DNA from: Candidatus Saccharimonadota bacterium
GTDB lineage: Archaea; Nanohalarchaeota; Nanosalinia; Nanosalinales; Nanosalinaceae
DNA length: 32,000 nucleotides
Assembly (NCBI GenBank): GCA_001761425.1
Contig: CP012986.1
Span: 480,001-512,000 of the forward strand
Reading direction: 5' to 3'
The number at the start of each line of letters is the position of its first letter. Position 1 is the stretch's first letter. The notes under the pieces are model-generated. The model saw only the letters and a program-made list of their open reading frames with translations, ran no database searches and was not told where the DNA came from. Both the position numbers and the translations under genes were made by a program. Below are positions 8,677-16,295 of this stretch, piece after piece.

Positions 8677-9345
8677 TTATTCTTCACCTTGTTCGATTTC
8701 ACTTATTCTACTTTCGAAGAATGCCTTAGCCACTGGTAGATCTTTTTCCTCTCTGACATCAAACTTGTTGCCGTCAGCATCAATGAGCCGAAGTTTTACA
8801 TCTTCAGGGGCTTCTGAAGGCGATTGAATATTCTTATTTGATGCTTCGTTTAATTCACCCGAGGACTCCTCAGTTCCTTCCGTAGTCTTTTGAGGCTCAT
8901 AATCTAACATTTCGCTGTAAAGTTTCTTTACCTTATCCGCATGATTTTTGGCCTCTCCAGGAGTGGTGTCCGCAACCTCACTGACCTTAATCCAGAAATC
9001 CTCTCCAGCAGGCTTACCTCCGGTGTACTCATATAGCTCATGTAGGAGATCAATATTCTGCAAAGCCTGAAACTTAGCTCTCCTCTCTGCCTCATCACTC
9101 TTAGGGTGGACAATATCTCTGCCGAGGTCAGTTGCCTCGTAATTATTGTCAACCAAGCCAAACTTCTTCAAATCTGCTCTCTTCTTTTTATAGGCTCCAG
9201 AATTTGCATTTTTATGCCCAATAGCTTGAGCAAAGTTCTCTTGGTTATTAATCTGGCTATTCAGCTCTTTAACAAGAATCTCAATGTTTTCAAGAGCATC
9301 ATCAAACCCATACCGAGGAAACCTAAAGTCACCGATGTTTGGCAT
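8677..9345 (-). CDS. hypothetical protein (222 aa), possible helix-turn-helix N-terminal half and acidic linker
   Basis: ATG start. It ends 7 nt upstream of the RelE-like gene, an operon-like spacing. Acidic composition. I recognise no family. The segment FAQAIGHKNANSGAYKKKRADLKKFGLVD...TDLGRDIV looks wHTH-like. Confidence 0.6.
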   Translation of the reverse strand: MPNIGDFRFPRYGFDDALENIEILVKELNSQINNQENFAQAIGHKNANSGAYKKKRADLKKFGLVDNNYEATDLGRDIVHPKSDEAERRAKFQALQNIDLLHELYEYTGGKPAGEDFWIKVSEVADTTPGEAKNHADKVKKLYSEMLDYEPQKTTEGTEESSGELNEASNKNIQSPSEAPEDVKLRLIDADGNKFDVREEKDLPVAKAFFESRISEIEQGEE

Positions 9346-9367
9346 AACTATGTAATAGCCATAAAAA

Positions 9368-9375
9368 CTTATAAA
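9368..9375 (-). promoter_or_regulatory. TATA box for the 222-aa gene (leaderless spacing)
   Basis: The minus strand reads TTTATAAG, beginning 23 nt upstream of the ATG at 9345. Confidence 0.35.
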
Positions 9376-9423
9376 TGCTGCGGGAGCTACGGCTTTCTTT
9401 GCTCAATCGGATAAATATTTGCT

Positions 9424-11277
9424 CTAGACTTCCCTGAATTTCTCTAGAATAGAGGCATTCTCATCCTCCTGAGTATCCAGCGAATCGAGCACCGTCTCAA
9501 CCTCTTCCTCGTTCAAATCATAAAGGTTGAAGACGATCGCATCAATCAATTTATCGGTCTCCTGAATCTCGCTCTCTAACTCTTCAGCTTCTTCCCTGTT
9601 ATCAATGAATTTTTCCAGGCCTGATTCTACATCTTCCAGTTTTGGCAAAGTCAACTCTTCCAACCTGTCGACAACAGAGTTGGTCTTTGTAGCCGATTCT
9701 CTGAAGTTGGCGAAGCCGTCGGCCTCCTCTACAGCCAGAGAAACAAACTCCTCAATCAGAGGCTTCAACTTCTCATCAACATCGAATTTCATCACAGGCA
9801 CTGACTCGGTCTCAAAGTAACCCCACCGATCTAACTCATCCTCATCAATATTTTCACTGTCCTCAGGCTTGTAACGAGCAGAAGCCATTAAGATTAATTG
9901 GGTATTTCTCTCTTCGAACTCGACACCGCCAATCCTCAAAGAATCACGATCAGCAGAAGTATCACTCAAAACATAATCAGAAAGGCCTTCAGCTGGCGTG
10001 TAGAGATCGCCTAAAGTTTTGCCGTCGGAGTAATTTCCTAAATAGTCTTGGATATTGAGATTGATTGAGTTCAGAGATTCTTTCAGATTCAGCATATGCT
10101 CAACTTTATCCTTAATCTGTGGATCTGTTTGATCTGATAATAAGGGCAACTCGTTCATATACTGGGTTTTGAATCTAAGATAGCCTCCTCTAGCTTTAGC
10201 ACATTCTATTGAGAGATACCACTCTAATAGAGAAGAATTTAGCTGTGAGAGGTGGAAATTACTATTTGAGTCTAGGATGAATCCCGTCATATCTAGGAAG
10301 GTTCCATCATCCATTGTAAAGTTAGCGACTTTGGATATATCAGGATAAATGATTTTTTCTTCTTCAAACTTGTCATAGTAGTCGCAAGCCCTTAGTTCGT
10401 ACCATTCTAGAGAAGAGTTCTTAATGTCATACCTTTCTGCTAGAGACTCCTTATTTTCTCTTAAGTAACCAGCCACACCTGAGTAATCATTTAGGTCAAT
10501 CGGCTCTAGTTCTCCATCTTTCTTTTCATATGGGAAAAGAAGGAATTTTTCATTTTCAGGTCTGCTATATCTCTTTACTTCTTCACCTTTCAAGAATGGT
10601 CTGAAGAGATCTTTCTCATGTTCCTCATTAACTATATCCCTAATATCATCTTTATCGACGATATAGACCTCATTTAAGCCAGTTTTTATGCCAACCAGAG
10701 GTTCCCCTATTACATCGGAAAGAGGTTCTCCTTTATCTTGAACTTTATTTCGAATATCTTTTTCAGTTTCTGAGATAAATTTCCATTCCCCTGTGCCTAG
10801 TGCAGAAAGTGGGACTTCTTTGGCGAGTTCACTTACTTTCTTTGTGAGATTGTCAAATCCTAGATCCTTAAATTGAGCATATTTGAATTTATCTGCATCC
10901 AATTGCTTGGACAAAATAACTGTAGCCGGGTAAGCACTCACATCATCTCCAAATACTGGAAGATCTTGGAAGTCAATGAATTCTTCCAGCGTTGTTTCCT
11001 CCATTAGATAGTTTCTAAGAGTTTCTCCTGAATCTACTTTAGTAAATTTATGAGAGACAATATATCCGAGTTTATCAGATGCTATATAATTAGCTCTCTC
11101 AATGAAATAAGAATAGAGATCGCCTCTACCTGTGTAGACATCATAATTAAGTTCTAGATACTCTTTGAGTTCTGTGATTACTTCTTGTCTGACATATGGA
11201 GGGTTTCCTATTACTGCGTCGAAGCCAGTTGAATCGTGTGTGTGTGTGTGTGTGTGTGTATTTTTCTTTTTGCTCAA
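9424..11277 (-). CDS. type IIG restriction-modification enzyme, C-terminal fragment (MTase motif IV plus target-recognition region)
   Basis: The ORF opens at a TTG just before the repeat: (M)SKKKN-THTHTHTH-DSTGFDAVIGNPPYV. NPPY is motif IV of gamma-class N6-adenine MTases. This is followed by DLYSYFIE, GYIVSHKF, a long variable TRD-like region and the typical tail LYDLNEEEVETV. It is not an independent gene; it continues 11147..13579 in another frame. Confidence 0.85.
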   Translation of the reverse strand: MSKKKNTHTHTHTHDSTGFDAVIGNPPYVRQEVITELKEYLELNYDVYTGRGDLYSYFIERANYIASDKLGYIVSHKFTKVDSGETLRNYLMEETTLEEFIDFQDLPVFGDDVSAYPATVILSKQLDADKFKYAQFKDLGFDNLTKKVSELAKEVPLSALGTGEWKFISETEKDIRNKVQDKGEPLSDVIGEPLVGIKTGLNEVYIVDKDDIRDIVNEEHEKDLFRPFLKGEEVKRYSRPENEKFLLFPYEKKDGELEPIDLNDYSGVAGYLRENKESLAERYDIKNSSLEWYELRACDYYDKFEEEKIIYPDISKVANFTMDDGTFLDMTGFILDSNSNFHLSQLNSSLLEWYLSIECAKARGGYLRFKTQYMNELPLLSDQTDPQIKDKVEHMLNLKESLNSINLNIQDYLGNYSDGKTLGDLYTPAEGLSDYVLSDTSADRDSLRIGGVEFEERNTQLILMASARYKPEDSENIDEDELDRWGYFETESVPVMKFDVDEKLKPLIEEFVSLAVEEADGFANFRESATKTNSVVDRLEELTLPKLEDVESGLEKFIDNREEAEELESEIQETDKLIDAIVFNLYDLNEEEVETVLDSLDTQEDENASILEKFREV

Positions 11278-13579
11278 CTTTTTCTTTTAATTCGCCGAAG
11301 AATACCTGTGGGAATTCTAGCTGCCAGTGGAAGTAATTTCTGTCTTCGGCATCGGACTGGGCGTTTTTAAACCATTCTGTGTCCTCAAATGGATTTCCGG
11401 GGTTGCCGATGTTGATTAGGAAGTTCTCGTAGTCGCTGGAGTTGGCTTCTTCCGAGAAAAATTGGCGTGTGTGAATGTTGGCGAGTTGTTGGAACTGTTG
11501 GTAGAGGGTGTTGTTTGAGATGAATTTTTTGTAGGCCTGTTCTTTTTCATGGATTTGTTGGACCGTGTTTTCTGGCATCTGTTCGATTTCTAGGTACTGC
11601 CTCTGAAAGTTTTCCCTGGCTTCTTCAGGGCTGAAGTTGAAGTCTTCATTATCGAGTCTTTTCTGGTTTTCTGTTGGATGTGTGAAAATGTTGTCGAAGT
11701 TTGATCCGATTAATGAGTTGCCGTGTTTGAGGTGGTGGTCTAGGAAGTTGAGTGGTTTTCCTTCAGCCATTGTCTCGATCCAGAGGGATAATTTACCTAG
11801 CTCTACTGCGAGTGGGTTGATGTCAACTCCGTAGATGCAGTTCTGGACTACTTGTCTTTTAGCCCAATTGAGGCCTTCTTCGTCTTCTTCGATGTCTTGA
11901 TGTTTTAGAGGCACTCCGTGGTAGATTTCTTTGGCTATGCATTCTGTTGCTTCTGTAAGGAAGTGTCCTGATCCCATTGCAGGGTCGCAGACGTTTAATT
12001 CAAGTAATGAGGCGATTTTTTGGTTCTCTGCTTTTTCCTGTTCTTTTTCGTCCATCTTTTCTATTTCTTCTAGTGTTGGCTGGTCTTCAAGTTTTTCTTC
12101 GACTTTGGGCCCTACTGTGTTTTCGACTATGTATTCTACGATGTAGTCTGGTGTATAGTAGCTTCCTGTGGCTTTTCTTTCTCCTGATTCGTTTGTGAGA
12201 TAGATTCCGCCTTTCTCAACTTTTTTGTCAGCTTCTGAAAATTCTATATCTGTTTCTGAATCCTTAATCCATTCTCCTGATTTTAGGATCAAGTTTTCTT
12301 CTGCTTCCTTCAATTTGTGTTCAAGAAGGCCTTCGTAAATGCTTCCTAGGTGGCGTATGTTGAAGGATTTGTAATCTACTGTCTTGAGTTTATCTTCATC
12401 ATTTCTCAATGCAAGTAGCTTGATTATTTCCTTGACGTAATTTCCTCTAAGAGCGTTTTCTTCTAGGAAACGATTTTCTTCTCCATTTTCGGGGTCGAAA
12501 AGGCCTCCGTTGTATGGAGGTATTTCTGTGCTGTGTAGATCCTGTCCGGAGTTGACTGCTGAGAATAAGTTAGTGATTCTACTATTCCATGCTATAGTAT
12601 TTTTCTGGAGATGAACATGGTTGGGTTTATCAATTATTTTTTCCTTATACCATTTTAGGCTTAGTGCTTCGTCATAGGCTTTGTCTCCAACGGGTAAGAG
12701 GCCTCTGCTTTCAGCATTGAGTATGAATAGAAGTCTGTATAGAAGGATAAGCGAACTTTTTTGTGCCAGTTCTATGTTTTCAGGAGTTTTTTCCAGATTA
12801 TTTTCTGGAGTGTTGATAAATCCGCGTCCTGCTACTTCCAGTGCCGAATAGATCTTTTCTTTAAGGTTGTCCTCGAGTTCTTTCGAGAATTTTTCTGATC
12901 CTTCAAGGACTTTGTCTGCAAATCCTGACTCCTTTGGTAGAAAGGCTTCCTGTCGGAAAAGCAAGTAGAATAATTTGAAGTCTTCAAGTGCTTCTTCATC
13001 TTTTGGTTTCGTGATTAAATTGATCAGATCAACTTCATAGAATGTTTTTGTATCAAGGTCGTCGTAGCAGTAAAGCCTCCATTTCCTGCCGTTAGTTAGT
13101 ATTCCCCATTTAATTCTGGTTCTGTCAACATAGTTGAAAATCTGGTATTTGGGGTTAGAGTGATCTGTCTTTTCTCCGCTGTCCAGAGGCCTATCCCAAT
13201 CTTTGGCATCCGCTACAACATAACTTTCACTGAAATAATCTTTTTCGTCTGAATTCAAAATCTCTTTTTGCTGATCTTTATCTTTCAAAAAGAGATAATC
13301 TGGTTTAAGGCGCTCGCCTCCCACTGTCTTAGATTTTTCAGTTACAAAATAATGTCCAAGAATCTCTTCTAAAATTCTATCTATGAACTCTTTCTGTGTA
13401 TCGGATTCTCCCTGATCTTTTCTCAAGATTTCTTTATTTTCTTGAAATATTTCTCTTACTTCATCAAATTTTTCTTCAACTTCTGCCTCCTTCCATTCGG
13501 GTAAGTCGGGGAGTCTTTCTTCCAAGAAATGCGGTGTAAATAGATTGTTCTTATATTCACTGAGAGTTGTCTGAGCCAC
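11147..13579 (-). CDS. type IIG restriction-modification enzyme, N-terminal fragment (PD-(D/E)xK nuclease, helical region and MTase motif I)
   Basis: GTG start. Nuclease motifs: KPDYLF...VVADAKDW...GILTNGRKWRLY. MTase elements: GSYYTPDYIVEYIV, motif I VCDPAMGSGHFL, YGVDINPLAVELGKLSLWI, HGNSLIG, FHWQLEFPQVFF. After residue Tyr774 it enters the (AC)12 tract and runs 36 out-of-frame codons to a stop. Confidence 0.88.
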   Translation of the reverse strand: MAQTTLSEYKNNLFTPHFLEERLPDLPEWKEAEVEEKFDEVREIFQENKEILRKDQGESDTQKEFIDRILEEILGHYFVTEKSKTVGGERLKPDYLFLKDKDQQKEILNSDEKDYFSESYVVADAKDWDRPLDSGEKTDHSNPKYQIFNYVDRTRIKWGILTNGRKWRLYCYDDLDTKTFYEVDLINLITKPKDEEALEDFKLFYLLFRQEAFLPKESGFADKVLEGSEKFSKELEDNLKEKIYSALEVAGRGFINTPENNLEKTPENIELAQKSSLILLYRLLFILNAESRGLLPVGDKAYDEALSLKWYKEKIIDKPNHVHLQKNTIAWNSRITNLFSAVNSGQDLHSTEIPPYNGGLFDPENGEENRFLEENALRGNYVKEIIKLLALRNDEDKLKTVDYKSFNIRHLGSIYEGLLEHKLKEAEENLILKSGEWIKDSETDIEFSEADKKVEKGGIYLTNESGERKATGSYYTPDYIVEYIVENTVGPKVEEKLEDQPTLEEIEKMDEKEQEKAENQKIASLLELNVCDPAMGSGHFLTEATECIAKEIYHGVPLKHQDIEEDEEGLNWAKRQVVQNCIYGVDINPLAVELGKLSLWIETMAEGKPLNFLDHHLKHGNSLIGSNFDNIFTHPTENQKRLDNEDFNFSPEEARENFQRQYLEIEQMPENTVQQIHEKEQAYKKFISNNTLYQQFQQLANIHTRQFFSEEANSSDYENFLINIGNPGNPFEDTEWFKNAQSDAEDRNYFHWQLEFPQVFFGELKEKVEQKEKYTHTHTHTRFNWLRRSNRKPSICQTRSNHRTQRVSRT
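11236..11259 (-). repeat. (AC)12 / (GT)12 dinucleotide microsatellite inside the R-M coding sequence
   Basis: The plus strand reads gtgtgtgtgtgtgtgtgtgtgtgt (24 nt). On the coding strand it encodes alternating Thr-His. It lies between FHWQLEFPQVFF and GFDAVIGNPPY, flanked by the A-rich AAAAAGAAAAAT. Confidence 0.97.
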
Positions 13580-13675
13580 TGGAACCCCTATACAAACTAC
13601 ATTGTTAGAACTTTTTAGTAGCTTTCCAGTTCCAGTTTAGAGGAAGAGGCCTCTGGCTAGAGTTTGTAGGAAATT

Positions 13676-13915
13676 TTGAAGGCGGAAAACGAAGAGTTAG
13701 AGCTTTATTATTCTCTGTCTGATGAGGGTTGGGACGGTCGAATAGGTCATATACAGAACCATGTGCCCAGGGAACTGGAGGCCTTGGAAGAAAAAGTTTT
13801 CTACATCTGCGGAGTTCCTGCCATGGTGGTTCAAACGGAATCTTTGCTGGAGGGAGCTGGCGTAGAAGAAGAGAATATCGTGATTGAAGGCTGGGAGAAA
13901 GGCGAAGTATCCTAG
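13676..13915 (+). pseudogene. 5'-truncated remnant of a ferredoxin-NADP reductase-like (FAD/NAD(P)-binding) oxidoreductase
   Basis: The 79 codons match only the C-terminal NAD-binding end of FNR-family proteins (W.GRIGHI...VFYICGVPAMV...L...GV....I..E.W). It opens at a TTG, with an in-frame TAG at 13667-13669. About 150 N-terminal codons are missing, and the R-M gene start lies 96 nt away. Confidence 0.6.
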
Positions 13916-14043
13916 AAGTACGTTTTGAACCCTCTTTTGTAGCTATAGACTATATCGAATCTTCTGCCCGGATATTCTCTCCGGTATCCTACATTGTGAT
14001 GCTCTACCAGAATATTTTCCACGGATGTGAAGATTAGAGTCAG

Positions 14044-15456
14044 TCATAATCCTAAACTTTCTCTGAAGGCCTCAGCGTTCTCCACATGCTCCTCTACTGT
14101 TTCTTCGTTCATCCTGTTGAGTGTGGAGGTCATGAAGCTCATTCTATGGATGTCCGAAATTTTTTCTTCGTGTTTTTTGATGAAGTTCCAGTAGAGGCCG
14201 TCCCAGTGGTCTTCCCAGTCTCCTCCGTCGTAGTGACTCATTTTGTTGATGTAGTTTGAGGATGAGATGTATGGTTTGGTCATCATGTTCTCCCAGGAGT
14301 ACTGAGACATCCCGTAGATGTTCGGTACCATAACCCAGTCATAGGAATCGATAAACATCTCCATGAACCACTCGTAAACTTCATCCGGTTCAATCTCCAG
14401 CAGAAGCATCACATTACCGAGAACCATCAAACGCTCGATGTGATGGCAGTAAGCATCATCTAGAGCGTGTTGAATAGAATCATCTACAGGTGGAAGGCCT
14501 GTCTCACCGGTGTAAAATTCTTCGGGTAATTCGTTATCAGCGTCCCAGAAATTCGCCTCTCGCATCTCCGGCTCCAGCTCGTACATCGCCCTGATAAATT
14601 CTCGCCAGCCAATAATCTGACGCAAAAAACCTTCCAAAGAATTCATAGGATAATCATTTTCTTCATGGGCCTCCAGAGTTTTTTCAACCACTTCTTCAGG
14701 AGTGATCAAGCCGATGTTTATCGAAGAGGAGAGCAGTGAGTGGAAACCAAACTTTAGGCCTGAGTCGATCGCATCCTGGTAATCGCCAAAGTTTTCCAGT
14801 CTATTTTCCAGAAAGTCCTCCAAATTTTCTAAGGCCTGTTCACGGGTTACAGGCCAGAAAAAATCTTCCAGCTTCCCAGGATTCTCTGGAAAGTTTTCCT
14901 CGATGTATTCTCTGGCTTCTTCGACATGTTTGGATGAAAACTGCGGGATCTCGGGTTTTTCCATGTCCTCTGGCATTTTCTTCCTGTTTTCCGGGTCAAA
15001 GCTCCATTTACCGCCTTCAGGTTTTCCCTCTTCATCGATGAGGACGTTGAACTTCTTCCGCATCTGTTTGTAGTAGTTTAGTTGGAAGTACTCGTGGCTC
15101 TGGAAGTATTCCTCGTTGAAATCCATGGATGCCATGAATCCAGGATTTTCCTCAAAAAATAGTTCTGTATCGTGTTTTTCCGCCAGGCCTTGAAGTTGGT
15201 TCCGGACCTTGTGGTCTACTGGATCGTAGATCCTGATCTTGTCTTCTTTTTTGAAGATCTGGGCTATATCCTCATCGTATTCCAGGTATTCTACATCAAA
15301 TCTTTCGCTGTAGGCCTTCATTGAGGCTCTATGTAGGATCAGCTTCTTTTTGTGGAAGTTGAAGTCTGTGAAGTATCTGGAATGTTCTACCAGGTATTTT
15401 TTGTCTTCTTTTACTGGTTCTGGGAAGAGCTGGTTTGGGAGGATTATGGATGCCAT
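14044..15456 (-). CDS. cryptochrome/photolyase family protein of the FeS-BCP / bacterial (6-4) photolyase-related clade (COG3046-like)
   Basis: 470 aa. N-terminus ILPNQLF...YFTDFNFHKKKLILHRASMKAY. C-terminal region HHIERLMVLGN, DSYDWVMVPNIYGMSQY, KPYISSSNYINKMS, LYWNFI. These are all characteristic of the PhrB/CryB-type family. Confidence 0.8.
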   Translation of the reverse strand: MASIILPNQLFPEPVKEDKKYLVEHSRYFTDFNFHKKKLILHRASMKAYSERFDVEYLEYDEDIAQIFKKEDKIRIYDPVDHKVRNQLQGLAEKHDTELFFEENPGFMASMDFNEEYFQSHEYFQLNYYKQMRKKFNVLIDEEGKPEGGKWSFDPENRKKMPEDMEKPEIPQFSSKHVEEAREYIEENFPENPGKLEDFFWPVTREQALENLEDFLENRLENFGDYQDAIDSGLKFGFHSLLSSSINIGLITPEEVVEKTLEAHEENDYPMNSLEGFLRQIIGWREFIRAMYELEPEMREANFWDADNELPEEFYTGETGLPPVDDSIQHALDDAYCHHIERLMVLGNVMLLLEIEPDEVYEWFMEMFIDSYDWVMVPNIYGMSQYSWENMMTKPYISSSNYINKMSHYDGGDWEDHWDGLYWNFIKKHEEKISDIHRMSFMTSTLNRMNEETVEEHVENAEAFRESLGL

Positions 15457-15504
15457 GGGATCTTGTTTTTCTGGGAATTTATTTGTGGTTTGTTCTTTTT
15501 TTGG

Positions 15505-15933
15505 TTATTTGAAGTTGTATTCTGTTTTGATCTGTGTTTTAACTGATTTGTGTATGAAGCAGTTTTTCTCGGTTGCTGAGGCGATTTCGGAGGCTTTTTC
15601 TTTGTCTTTTACTCCTGTTACTTTGACTGTTATTTCGGCATTTTTGATCATGGGCCTGGTGTCTGTTCCTCTTTCCAGGGAGGCCTTGATTTCTGTCTCT
15701 ATTTTCCTGTAGGTCAGGTCCTTTCTGTCTGCGATTGATTTGAATGTTGCGGTGACACATGTCTGGATTGAGGCGGTGAAGAGGTCTTCAGGGGATGGGT
15801 TTTCGTCTGATCCTCCGAATTCTTTGGGAGGGCTCATCTGTGTTTTAAGGTTTTCAGATGTCTCCAGGCTCCATTTGTCCTCTTCTTTTCTGGTTTCGGA
15901 TTCTCCTTTGAATGTGATGGGGTAATCGATCAT
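15505..15933 (-). CDS. OsmC/Ohr family protein
   Basis: 142 aa. SPEDLFTASIQTCVTATF and EKNCFIHKSVK provide the two conserved Cys contexts of OsmC-like peroxiredoxins. Confidence 0.8.
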   Translation of the reverse strand: MIDYPITFKGESETRKEEDKWSLETSENLKTQMSPPKEFGGSDENPSPEDLFTASIQTCVTATFKSIADRKDLTYRKIETEIKASLERGTDTRPMIKNAEITVKVTGVKDKEKASEIASATEKNCFIHKSVKTQIKTEYNFK

Positions 15934-15994
15934 GTTTCATACGTGTGTTATCGAAGGATTTATTTGTTCAGAGGGTTAACATGTTTCTGTATTT

Positions 15995-16240
15995 ATGGAA
16001 AGAAATGTTGGAAGAACTGATCAGGTTGTAAGGATTTCAGGAGGAGTAGTTTTACTTGGTCTCGGAGTGAATGCAGTGATGGATACCTGTGTTCCAGACC
16101 TCTATGCTCCGTTATTTGCAGGTATAGGAGGTATAATCCTTGGTACAGGTATTATCAGGAAGTGTCCGATCTGTAAGGTGACAGGAATAGATACTACTGA
16201 GGGTTCGGAGGCCGAGGAAGACGGAGCTGGCCAGGACTAG
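15995..16240 (+). CDS. DUF2892 (YgaP-like) small membrane protein
   Basis: 81 aa. N-terminus NVGRTDQVVRISGGVVLLGLG, a second hydrophobic helix, then RKCPICKVTG. This is the typical DUF2892 layout. Confidence 0.7.
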   Translation: MERNVGRTDQVVRISGGVVLLGLGVNAVMDTCVPDLYAPLFAGIGGIILGTGIIRKCPICKVTGIDTTEGSEAEEDGAGQD

Positions 16241-16295
16241 ATCCTGGAGGCATTCCCCGCTTTTCCCCTTTTCTTAGTTTTTATCTAAACAAGGT

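Noticed and set aside
11236-11259. A repeat-containing region considered as a CRISPR array or minisatellite.
   Set aside because: It is a pure dinucleotide tract of 24 nt with no spacer structure and is not a CRISPR array. No CRISPR-like repeats occur elsewhere in the window.
11147-11277. Apparent 131-nt overlap of two genes, which could be read as a genuine overlapping gene pair or a programmed ribosomal frameshift site.
   Set aside because: The overlap is just the out-of-frame read-through tail after the (AC)12 tract. Conserved MTase motifs continue colinearly across the tract, so a length-dependent frameshift in one gene is the simpler explanation. I see no slippery heptamer or pseudoknot.
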